Of a stretch of 64,000 bases of DNA, positions 20,201 to 28,285 are shown piece after piece (position 1 is the first letter of the stretch; each line of letters opens with the position of its first letter). The position numbers and the translations under genes were made by a program. The DNA comes from a virus. Lineage: Duplodnaviria; Heunggongvirae; Uroviricota; Caudoviricetes. The notes beneath the pieces are model-generated. The model did not search any database, had not been told where the DNA came from, and saw only the letters and a program-made list of their open reading frames with translations. The DNA is taken from the IMG/VR virus record IMGVR_UViG_3300031758_000005. One strand, 5' to 3'.

Positions 20201-20831
20201 AAGTGGAGAATCAGGTACAAGTGGGTCAAGTGGTACTAGCGGCACAAGTGGGTCAAGTGGAGAATCAGGTACAAGTGGATCAAGTGGGTCAAGTATATCT
20301 TTGCAAACTGGCAGTTTATATCCCATAACGGCAAGTAGAGCTATTACTGCAAGTTACGCATTGAACGCAACTGGTGGTGGAAGTTCTTTGTATACTGGTA
20401 GTACTTATCCCATAACAGCGAGTAGAGCTATTACTGCAAGTTACGCATTGAATGCTTCTGGTGGAGGTGGTAGTACATTACAAACTGGTAGCACTTATCC
20501 CATTACTAGTAGTTATGCTAATTTTGCAATAAATATTGCTGGTAGTGTTACTACATTGGTGGGTACTGATATAAATTGGAACAATCCAACTTATGAAAAG
20601 AATATTTCAGTTGCAGAGACATATACATTTTCAAATGTTACAACTGGCAGTTCAATTGTGGTTATATTGAATAATACAGGCAGCAACAGTATATTATCTA
20701 CATTTCCAAATAGTGTAAAATGGGCCAATTCATTGCCACCCACAAATATACTATCAAATGCAACTTCAATTTATACATTTGTAAGAACCAAATTATATGT
20801 TCTGGGTAGTTCTACTGAAAACTATCAATAA
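17208..20831 (+). CDS. Collagen-like repeat fiber protein (1207 aa) with a duplicated globular insert domain and repeated TGSxYPITASWA motifs
   Basis: Long G-[TS]-S triplet arrays. A ~590-nt module is present twice (17920-18290 and 18510-18890). The N-terminus MRITDLPQ...VIDVNDT resembles the N-termini of the 23657-27020 paralogs. Confidence 0.7.
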   Translation: MRITDLPQLFTASINDLLYVIDVNDTSSFFSGSSKRIDISTLFSSPSITASFAKKALSASYAKTASYALVSRSSSYAFNATTASYALNAGTKIYTGSVYPITASWAINGGTKLYTGSTYPITSSWALNGGTKLYTSSTYPITASWAITASYALNQTTSGTSGTSGTAGSSGTSGTSGTSGTSGTSGTNGTSGSSGSSGSSGTSATAGTSGLTGSSGTSGTSGSDGTSGSSGSSGSSGTSGIEGGRLFTVTSSGFNYNIAGYTGSFPTITVVRGQLYYFDVSGVSASHPFALRLSSGNTSAVPGTTNNDPVNGLANTNTLIIYRVPEDAPSSIVYQCVVHSGMIGTINIVNQYGTSGTSGTAGTAGSSGSSGTSGSDGTSGSSGSSGESGTSGSSGSSGSSGSSGSSGSSGSSGSSGTSGSDGTSGSSGSSGSSGTSGIEGGGLFTVTSSGFNYNIAGYSGTFPTITVVRGQLYYFNVSGVSASHPFALRLSSGNTATVPGTTNNDPVNGLANTNTLIIYRVPNDAPNSIVYQCVIHSGMIGTINIVDQYGTSGTSGTTGTAGSSGSSGSSGSSGENGTSGTSGSTGTSGSSGSSGSSGTSGTSATAGTSGETFGTSGTSGSTGTSGTSGESGTSGSSGSSGSSGTSGTNGTSATAGTSGETFGTSGTSGLTGTSGTSGSTGTSGSSGSSGESGTSGSSGQSGTSGSSGNTGSSGSSGVSGTTLYTGSTYPITASRAVTASYALNATGGGSSLYTGSTYPITASWALYVVNGTSGTASLNLTNITRSGNGSGSVYNLNNNTFTGTNSLVFLGGITLNNNIDYTLSSGILTFTSPPLLNEEIHVVKFTGGGANGTSGTSGIVGIANAQTFTSNGIATQYALTQSVVRSYDIIVAINGVVQNYSSSYTVTGSTLTLASAPPLNSKVDVRFLGSAAGGGGGGSGTNGTSGSSGSSGTSGTSGSSGESGTSGSSGESGTSGSSGSSGESGTSGSSGTSGTSGSSGESGTSGSSGTSGTSGSSGESGTSGSSGSSISLQTGSLYPITASRAITASYALNATGGGSSLYTGSTYPITASRAITASYALNASGGGGSTLQTGSTYPITSSYANFAINIAGSVTTLVGTDINWNNPTYEKNISVAETYTFSNVTTGSSIVVILNNTGSNSILSTFPNSVKWANSLPPTNILSNATSIYTFVRTKLYVLGSSTENYQ
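17470..17650 (+). repeat. Three tandem 60-nt coding repeats (GGTKLYTGSTYPITASWAxN)
   Basis: Direct inspection, inside gene 17208..20831. Confidence 0.8.
17920..18890 (+). repeat. Tandem duplication of a ~590-nt coding module (globular insert domain plus flanking collagen-like triplets)
   Basis: ggtatagaaggtggt...ataaa(t/c)atagt...caatatggtacatc(t/c)ggtacatctggtact(g/a)cg occurs twice. Confidence 0.8.
20040..20290 (+). repeat. Near-perfect 54-nt tandem repeats encoding SGESGTSGSSGTSGTSGS collagen-like triplets
   Basis: agtggagaatcaggtacaagtgggtcaagtggtactagcggcacaagtgg units. Confidence 0.75.
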
Positions 20832-20839
20832 TATGTTGT

Positions 20840-22207
20840 ATGCCTATATCAAGAATAACCAGAAATAGTCTAGTATACGCCAATAACAAAACTCAAAACA
20901 TTGAGTCTAGACTATTTGGCTTACCAACACAATCAGGCTCACTTTATTTGCAAAATAGTCAATCACTATATTTGCAAGATTTAAGCGGTACATACGTACT
21001 AGAATATCCTTCCGCAATCGCATTATCCTATAACAGTTACTACAATAAATTCATAGCCGATAGGTCCACCCAAAACTCATTACTAACAACACGTTATTAT
21101 ACCAGTGAAAGTAAAGCTACTGGCGATTTTGGCTATATACTGTACCAAAATAGTAGATCAATGTATACTCAAGCTACCCCAGACATTTATTTGCTTGAAT
21201 ATAGCGCTACAAGCAGTTTGTTAACTGATACAGGATCAAGTGCTTTATCGCTCAAAACACGTTACTTTGTTAGTGAAAGTAAAGCTACTGGCGATTTTGG
21301 CTATATATTGTATCAAAATAGCAGATCAATGTATACTCAAGCTACTCCAGACATTTATTTGCTTGAATATAACGCTACAAGCAGTTTGTTAACTGATACA
21401 GGATCAAGTGCTTTATCGCTCAAAACACGTTACTTTGTTAGTGAAAGTAAAGGAAGTGGTAACTTTGGTTATATACTGTATCAAAATAGCAGATCCGTAT
21501 ATCTACAAGATCCAAATAGTATACTTTTATTATATGATCCAGATATTATACCAGTTGGCACCAGTGCAAGTTTACAAGAAACTGGATCAAATGTTTTATC
21601 TTTTAGAACTCGTTATTATATCAGTGAAAGTAAAGCGTCAAGTATATATCTAGGTTATCAAAATGATAGAAGCATCTATTTAGAAAATACTGCAAATCCA
21701 TTTGTCATAGAATATAACGGTACAAGCAGTTTGTTAACTGATACCGGATCAAATGCTTTATCTTTTAGAACTCGTTATTATATCAGTGAAAGTAAAGCGT
21801 CAAGTATCTTCTTGGGTTATCAAAATGATAGAAGCATCTATTTAGAAAATACCGCAAATCCATTTGTCATAGAATATAGTGGTACAAGTAGTTTGTTAAC
21901 TGATACCGGATCAAGTGCTTTATCGTTCAGAACCAAATACTATATCAGTGAAAGTAAAGCGTCAAGTATCTTCTTGGGTTATCAAAATGATAGAGCTGTA
22001 TATTTGGAGAATACTGATAATCCATTTGTTATAGAATATAGTACTACGAGCAGTTTGTTAACTGATAGCGGGTCAATTAATCAGTTATTATTAACAAAGT
22101 ATTATCTCAGTGAAAGTATAGCGTCAGGTAGTTTATATATTGGATATCAAAATGATAGAAGTATCTATTTAGAGAATTTAACCGATGTATTTGTTTTGGA
22201 GCCATAA
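20840..22207 (+). CDS. Repeat protein (455 aa) made of ~7 tandem ~55-aa repeats
   Basis: Repeated unit TGSxALSxxTRYxxSESKAxxxxxGYxxxxRSxYxxxxxxxxxxEYxxTSSLLTD in two subfamilies, ~165-nt period. Confidence 0.6.
   Translation: MPISRITRNSLVYANNKTQNIESRLFGLPTQSGSLYLQNSQSLYLQDLSGTYVLEYPSAIALSYNSYYNKFIADRSTQNSLLTTRYYTSESKATGDFGYILYQNSRSMYTQATPDIYLLEYSATSSLLTDTGSSALSLKTRYFVSESKATGDFGYILYQNSRSMYTQATPDIYLLEYNATSSLLTDTGSSALSLKTRYFVSESKGSGNFGYILYQNSRSVYLQDPNSILLLYDPDIIPVGTSASLQETGSNVLSFRTRYYISESKASSIYLGYQNDRSIYLENTANPFVIEYNGTSSLLTDTGSNALSFRTRYYISESKASSIFLGYQNDRSIYLENTANPFVIEYSGTSSLLTDTGSSALSFRTKYYISESKASSIFLGYQNDRAVYLENTDNPFVIEYSTTSSLLTDSGSINQLLLTKYYLSESIASGSLYIGYQNDRSIYLENLTDVFVLEP
21090..22200 (+). 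repeat. ~165-nt coding tandem repeats (~7 units, two subfamilies)
   Basis: Repeated ...cgttactttgttagtgaaagtaaagctactggcgattttggctatata... and ...cgttattatatcagtgaaagtaaagcgtcaagtat... units. Confidence 0.75.
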
Positions 22208-22268
22208 AAAATAAAGTTTATATCATAACATTCTTTATATTTATAAACAGAAATCGTAATTTTATAAA

Positions 22269-23636
22269 ATGTCAACAGGAATAAACAACAATATTGATTG
22301 TAAATTGCAAGGCAAAGTTCGTGTTGTGGTTATGGAAAAAGACAAAATCATACACGACACTGGTGAAATAAAAAATATGATCACCAATCAAGGTATGGAT
22401 GAAGTTGCAAATAGACCATTTGCTGAATTATTCGCTTGTTGTGCAATTGGAACTGGAACTGCTGATACTAAAAAAACCAATGTTCCCATAACTGGTTCCA
22501 TAACATCAGGCAATGGTTTTGATATTAATTTAAGAGGCAGTGTTTCTCGTAGATCTGGATCATTGGTAACGTTTCCCAGAACAAGTGTAGCATTTCCTAT
22601 ATCAGGCAGTGTTATTAGAGCAAGTGATGTGGGTAATATCATTAAAATAAACAACGATAATACTTTTAGAATAAGAGCACAAACTGGTATTAATACAGCC
22701 AGAAGTTGTAGTGTATTAAATATGGATGGTACTGTACCAACAGGATCCTCAAGTGATAATAATTATACCATTTGGTTTACCAATCAAATTAGTATGTCAA
22801 ATGAAACACAAAGATGTGGTAGAACATCAGATGGCAATAACTTTCCTGCTGCATCAGGTAGTTATGGTACAAATTGTAATAGTCAAATTTATAGCAGCGG
22901 TATAATTCACAGTCGTCAATTTAATTTTGCAACCGCATTGGTTGATGATACAAATACAATCACTGAAGTTGGATTGAGTTGGTTACCATTTTATAGAAGT
23001 CCAGCATTGTTTAGTAGAATTCGTTTGACCCAAGGCAGTGCTGGTAATGCGATACCTGCTGTATTGGCTGGACAAAACGTGGTGGTATTTTATTCACTAA
23101 ACGTTGGTATGTCGCCTACCACAGCTACAACCGGTTCTGTTAATATAACTGGTAGCAATAAAGGTGGTAATTCACAAATGAATTTGTATGGATTAAGCAA
23201 AGTAAGTAGCAGTGGAGTAACAACTTATTTTGATGGTGGGTTACACGGCAATGAACCATATTATTTTAACCAAAGAAGTAAATACGGACTACCAGATACA
23301 GTTTTTAGACCACTGTATATATTTACATCCGCAACTGATACTGCAAGTCCTACGTGGGGTACAAATATAACTAGAAATAGTAGTTTTATTACCAAATCAA
23401 TTGATAAAACACCTGTATATAGTAGAGTATATCCCACCAGCAGTTATGGTTATACATTAACCAAAGTGGCTACATTCAATGATACTGAATCTATCAATGC
23501 AACTTGGAACAGTTTTGGTGTGGGTGTACATACAGCCAGTAACTTGATGTCATTTGTATTTGGTGCTACTCAAAATAAACAAAATGGATATTTGTTAGCA
23601 ATATCTCAATCGTTTACTTGGAATAGAATATTTTAA
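22269..23636 (+). CDS. Hypothetical structural protein (455 aa)
   Basis: ORF preceded by the largest intergenic gap in the late block (61 nt). Confidence 0.55.
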   Translation: MSTGINNNIDCKLQGKVRVVVMEKDKIIHDTGEIKNMITNQGMDEVANRPFAELFACCAIGTGTADTKKTNVPITGSITSGNGFDINLRGSVSRRSGSLVTFPRTSVAFPISGSVIRASDVGNIIKINNDNTFRIRAQTGINTARSCSVLNMDGTVPTGSSSDNNYTIWFTNQISMSNETQRCGRTSDGNNFPAASGSYGTNCNSQIYSSGIIHSRQFNFATALVDDTNTITEVGLSWLPFYRSPALFSRIRLTQGSAGNAIPAVLAGQNVVVFYSLNVGMSPTTATTGSVNITGSNKGGNSQMNLYGLSKVSSSGVTTYFDGGLHGNEPYYFNQRSKYGLPDTVFRPLYIFTSATDTASPTWGTNITRNSSFITKSIDKTPVYSRVYPTSSYGYTLTKVATFNDTESINATWNSFGVGVHTASNLMSFVFGATQNKQNGYLLAISQSFTWNRIF

Positions 23637-23656
23637 TATTAATAGTTATAAGTTAT

Positions 23657-24835
23657 ATGCCACAACCAATATCACAATTAGCAGACTATACAACAATAAC
23701 AGGATCCGCATTTGTTCCTATTGTTGATGTTAATGAAACAGTATCATCAAAAAACAAAAAGATCAGTGTAGATGATTTGAGAAAAACTTTCTTTAAAAGT
23801 GGAGTTCTTCTTTCATCTTCTTTCACAGAACATACGCCGGGTTTTTATTACTTTGGTGACAATCGTGATGGTCGTCTCAATTTAACAGGTTCAATTGCCA
23901 CTGTTAGAACTTTTGTAAGCAGATCGTTCGCAAGTACACAAGATGGCGCACCTGTCGTTAAAAACTTTAGTTCGTTGTTCATTTCCAGAAGTGTGGTGGT
24001 GAGTCCAACCAATAGATGTAGAGGATTGTTGATATTTGTGGATGGTGATGCAACCATCAGTGGTAGCATAAGTATGACTGCTAGAGGAGCGAGGTTTACA
24101 GGAAGCGACGCTTCCTTCACAACAATAAATCCGCCATATTTGGGTGATTACTGGAGCACGCAGTTGTTTCCGTCTGCGAGTTATTTGAGCAGAGTATTTG
24201 CGGTTGGAGCGGCTGGTGGTACGGCTGGCCCCGCTCCATCTAGCGTTGGTGGCGTTGGTGTCACTGGTATACTGGGAAGAAGTGGAGGTGGAGGAGGCGG
24301 CGGTGGACAAGCAGCCGCGGGTGGAGCGGGATCAACAGGCACATCTTTTAGTGGTGGATCTGGTGGTGGAGGAGGTGGGCCATCTCCAGGAGCAAATGGC
24401 TTTGCATTTGGTGGTCAAGGTGGTCCAACGCTTGGTAGCGGCGGCGCCGGATCAGGCAATCCAGGTGGAATAACGCCAGCTCAGCCGCCCAGTAGTCCAC
24501 TCCCAGTCTCAGCACCAAGTGGTACTGGTGGATTGTTAATATTAATAGTGAAAGGTAATTTAAGAATTGGACCAAATGGATCAATTACGGCTAATGGAAT
24601 CAGTGGTGGTAATGGACTTGCTGGTTTTGGAACTGCTGGTGGCGGTGGAAGTGGAGGTGGAGTGTTATATATTTATTATGGTGGGTCTTTAACAAATAAT
24701 GGCACTGTAACTGCTAATGGTGGGTCAGGTGGTTTAACTGGTACACCCTCGCCAGCTCTTAATCAAGGCGGAGCAGGAGGAGCTGGAACTGCGATAATAT
24801 CAAAATTAAACGTTGCATTTCCAGTAGCAAACTAA
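23657..24835 (+). CDS. Glycine-rich beta-helix-like fiber paralog 1
   Basis: N-terminus ISQLADYTTITGSAFVPIVDVNE. Middle NRCRGLLIFVDGDATISGS. C-terminal Gly runs and LLILIVKGNLRIGPNGSITANG. Confidence 0.65.
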   Translation: MPQPISQLADYTTITGSAFVPIVDVNETVSSKNKKISVDDLRKTFFKSGVLLSSSFTEHTPGFYYFGDNRDGRLNLTGSIATVRTFVSRSFASTQDGAPVVKNFSSLFISRSVVVSPTNRCRGLLIFVDGDATISGSISMTARGARFTGSDASFTTINPPYLGDYWSTQLFPSASYLSRVFAVGAAGGTAGPAPSSVGGVGVTGILGRSGGGGGGGGQAAAGGAGSTGTSFSGGSGGGGGGPSPGANGFAFGGQGGPTLGSGGAGSGNPGGITPAQPPSSPLPVSAPSGTGGLLILIVKGNLRIGPNGSITANGISGGNGLAGFGTAGGGGSGGGVLYIYYGGSLTNNGTVTANGGSGGLTGTPSPALNQGGAGGAGTAIISKLNVAFPVAN

Positions 24836-24847
24836 ATAATTATTTAT

Positions 24848-25972
24848 ATGCCTACAAGAATATCAGATTTACCCGAATATACAACAATAACATCATCAGC
24901 ATTTGTGCCTATTGTTGATGTTAATGAATTGGTAGCTTCAAAAAATAAAAAAATAAGAATTGACGATTTAAGAAAATATTTTTTCACAGGCACAACCACC
25001 AGCAGTTCTTTCACAGAACATACCCCAGGCCTTTATTACTTTGGCGATAACAGCGACGGACCTCTTAACTTAACAGGCTCTATCGCCACCGTTAGAACTT
25101 TTGTAAGCAGATCCTTCGCAAGCACTCAAGATGGCGCGCCTGTCGTTAAGAACTTCAGTTCATTGTTCATTTCCAGAAGCGTAGTAGTGAGTCCAACAAA
25201 TAGATGTAGAGGAATGTTGATATTTGTGGATGGTGATGCAACTATTAGTGGTAGTCTACGAATGAACGGCAGAGGTGCTTCCGCGGTTGGAGCTGATGCG
25301 TCTTTTACAACAATAAATCCGCCATATTTGGGTGATTACTGGAGCACGCAATTGTTTCCTTCGTCGAGTTATTTGAGCAGAGTATTTGCTGTAGGCGCAG
25401 CAGGTTCAGGCTATGGAACTGATGGGGTAACTGGTGTAAATGGAAGATCTGGTGGCGGAGGAGGTGGGTCTAGTTATGGTGCACCGACAGCAGGTTCAGG
25501 CGCAACCGGCACATCGTTTAGTGGTGGTTCTGGTGGAGGTGGATCCCAGGTTAACGTCATCGCCGGAGGAAGTGCGAGTGGAAATGGTGGCGCAGGGGGA
25601 AATGGCGCAACCGGCCCCGGCGGTACCGGCGGCGGTGGAGCTGGAAATCCAGGCGGCACTCCAAATGGAGGTGTAGGAACAGGTGGATTATTAATATTAA
25701 TTGTACGAGGTAATTTAAGAATTGGGCCAAATGGCAGTATAACATCAAATGGTAGCAATGGCGGAAATGCAAGTAGTCCAACGCAGGGCGGAGGAGGAGG
25801 TGGAAGTGGCGGTGGGGTGTTATATGTATATTATGGCGGTACACTAACAAACAATGGCACTGTAACCGCATCTGGAGGCACCCGTGGCACGGGTGGAAAC
25901 GTTGCTGGAAACGGTGGAGCTGGAACTGCTATATTATCAAAATTAAACGTTGCATTTCCAGCAGCAAACTAA
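24848..25972 (+). CDS. Glycine-rich fiber paralog 2
   Basis: Close paralog of 23657..24835: the N-terminal ~200 aa are nearly identical. Confidence 0.65.
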   Translation: MPTRISDLPEYTTITSSAFVPIVDVNELVASKNKKIRIDDLRKYFFTGTTTSSSFTEHTPGLYYFGDNSDGPLNLTGSIATVRTFVSRSFASTQDGAPVVKNFSSLFISRSVVVSPTNRCRGMLIFVDGDATISGSLRMNGRGASAVGADASFTTINPPYLGDYWSTQLFPSSSYLSRVFAVGAAGSGYGTDGVTGVNGRSGGGGGGSSYGAPTAGSGATGTSFSGGSGGGGSQVNVIAGGSASGNGGAGGNGATGPGGTGGGGAGNPGGTPNGGVGTGGLLILIVRGNLRIGPNGSITSNGSNGGNASSPTQGGGGGGSGGGVLYVYYGGTLTNNGTVTASGGTRGTGGNVAGNGGAGTAILSKLNVAFPAAN

Positions 25973-25985
25973 TATTTAATAATAT

Positions 25986-27020
25986 ATGGCAAATAAACGT
26001 ATAACAGATTTAACCGAAGCAACTTTTGTAAGTGCGAGTAATTTTTATGTTGTGTATGATCCTACAGCTACACAAGATCAAAATGCTGATGGTTATACTG
26101 ATTTTAATAAAAAAGTAAAACTAAAAAATATTTGTACCCAAGTAAGTCAATCAGCCATCACTTGGTTTGGTACAGGCGCAAATGGTGCTTTAAATACAAC
26201 AGGTAGTGTTACTTTTACCACTACAAATGATCAAGAAGTATTTGTGAGAAATTATACATCTCTCACAGTAAATGCTGGTCATACAATGACTGTAAGCAAC
26301 AGATGTAGAGGATTGTTGATATATGTTGGGGGAGATTGTACTATAAATGGTACAGTAACAATGTCAGGCAAAGGAGCCAACTCGGTTGGAACAGCTGCTC
26401 ATTATGTATATCAATCTAAAAATTACTATGGCAACTTTATTCCCCAATATCAATTTAACAGCGTAAAATTATATGGATCTGGTAGTGCCGGTGGACCCGC
26501 AAATACTGCTGGTAGATCCGCAGGCGAAGGTTATACAGGTGGTGGAGGCGGTGGAGGTGGAACTGGTGGTGCTGGTGCAGCAGGCACCAGTTGGAGTGGT
26601 GGATCAGGTGGAGGTGGTGGACCATCTGCAACTGCAGGCACTATAAATGGTGGTGCTGGTGGTAATGGTACAGCTGCGAATACTGGTGGTGGTGCTGGTA
26701 ATGGTGGTGGCAGTGCTGGTCCAGGTGGTATAGCTGGTGGTACTGGTACAGGTGGTTTGATTATTTTTGTGGTAAAAGGTACATTTACATTGGGAAATAC
26801 AGGTGCAATAACTGCAAATGGTGTTGCGGGTGGAAATGGTAGTGCAGGAGGAGGAGGAGGTAGTGGAGGTGGAAGAATAGTTGTATTATACAATCAAAAT
26901 TATATAAATAATGGTGGTACTATTACTGCAAATGGTGGAGCTGGTGGAGGAACTGCTCCAACTGCTGGTGGCAGTGGGGGAGCCGGTAGCATAACAATAA
27001 GAGAAATAGGAATTTGGTAA
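25986..27020 (+). CDS. Glycine-rich fiber paralog 3
   Basis: N-terminus RITDLTEATF. Middle NRCRGLLIYVGGDCTINGTVTMSGKGA. Gly-rich C-terminus. Confidence 0.65.
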   Translation: MANKRITDLTEATFVSASNFYVVYDPTATQDQNADGYTDFNKKVKLKNICTQVSQSAITWFGTGANGALNTTGSVTFTTTNDQEVFVRNYTSLTVNAGHTMTVSNRCRGLLIYVGGDCTINGTVTMSGKGANSVGTAAHYVYQSKNYYGNFIPQYQFNSVKLYGSGSAGGPANTAGRSAGEGYTGGGGGGGGTGGAGAAGTSWSGGSGGGGGPSATAGTINGGAGGNGTAANTGGGAGNGGGSAGPGGIAGGTGTGGLIIFVVKGTFTLGNTGAITANGVAGGNGSAGGGGGSGGGRIVVLYNQNYINNGGTITANGGAGGGTAPTAGGSGGAGSITIREIGIW

Positions 27021-27037
27021 AATATTTATAAAGTTAT

Positions 27038-28279
27038 ATGGCAATACCATCACAAGCAATATCTCAAATGACTACCTTGGTAGGTAGTAATCGTAACGAC
27101 AATTGTTTATTTACATTGTATAATGCATTAATATCGTCCAGTGTCAATCAAAATTTAAAAGCAAGAATAAGTACCCACGAACAATTTTATAGCAACAACA
27201 ATACCGTCATAAATCAAGGTACTTATAATAATTACTTTGGAACAGGCAAAGATGGTAGTGTAACCATAAGTAGCAGTGCGCAAATAAGTTCATCCACATC
27301 TCCAGCTGGATTAAATAATATTAGTCGTGAATTTGGCGACCCAGTTATAAAAAACTTTCAAAATTTAACCATCAACAGTGGTGTATTGTTCAGCCCATTA
27401 AGAGCTTGTAGAGGAATGATAATATATTGTACTGGCAATTTAACAGTAAACGGCACTTTGAGTATGACTGGTAAAGGTGGAGGCGTTGGTTCTAAAGTCG
27501 CGTCTCCTATTGGATTTGCTACAAGCACCGATTCAAGATATGATTTGGTGGATGCTACATTATATTTTAACAATTTTTCATCAAGCACTGCAGGTGGAAG
27601 AGGAATACCTACACATTGGAATTGGGCGCCTAGTGGTAGTATTTGGTTTAATAATTATAAGATTAGAGTGCCATTGAGTGGGAGTGCTGCTGGAGGAGGA
27701 CCAAATAATGGTGGTAGTGCGGGAATATTTTGTTGTGGAGGTGGAGGTGGGGGTGGTCAATCAAACCCTGGCGCGGTAAGGGCAGGAGGATCCGGTGGTA
27801 GCGGAACTATATTTCTAGGAGGAGGGGGAGGAGGAGGAGGATCATACGGCGGCGGCGCCGGCACCAACGGCATATTTGAAGCTGGTGGAATTGGCGGATT
27901 TGGGCCTAATCCAGGATTAGGCCCAAATGGTTCTGGCGGAGGTGGAGCTGGAACACCTGCTGGACCTGGCTCCGGAGGCGCTGGTAATACAGGCGTTGGT
28001 GGATTAATTATATTAATAGTACGTGGTAATATTACAATAAACGGCACAGTTTCTAGTGGTGGCGCAAATGGAGGTAATGGAACTACTGGAGGTGCTGGAG
28101 CTGCTGGCGGTGGCGGTGGAAGTGGCGGTGGTAGGATAATAATTATTTACGGCGGTACATATAGTAATGTTGGTACCATTGTGGTTAATGGTGGCTCCGG
28201 CGGCGCCGGTGGCCCCGGCGCACTCACTGGTGGTGCTGGTGGTGCGGGTTCTATAACTATAAGAAGGGTAAATGTTTAA
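27038..28279 (+). CDS. Glycine-rich fiber paralog 4
   Basis: ACRGMIIYCTGNLTVNGTLSMTGKGGGVGSKVASPIGFATSTDSRYDLVD. Gly-rich C-terminus. Confidence 0.65.
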   Translation: MAIPSQAISQMTTLVGSNRNDNCLFTLYNALISSSVNQNLKARISTHEQFYSNNNTVINQGTYNNYFGTGKDGSVTISSSAQISSSTSPAGLNNISREFGDPVIKNFQNLTINSGVLFSPLRACRGMIIYCTGNLTVNGTLSMTGKGGGVGSKVASPIGFATSTDSRYDLVDATLYFNNFSSSTAGGRGIPTHWNWAPSGSIWFNNYKIRVPLSGSAAGGGPNNGGSAGIFCCGGGGGGGQSNPGAVRAGGSGGSGTIFLGGGGGGGGSYGGGAGTNGIFEAGGIGGFGPNPGLGPNGSGGGGAGTPAGPGSGGAGNTGVGGLIILIVRGNITINGTVSSGGANGGNGTTGGAGAAGGGGGSGGGRIIIIYGGTYSNVGTIVVNGGSGGAGGPGALTGGAGGAGSITIRRVNV

Positions 28280-28285
28280 AATTTT

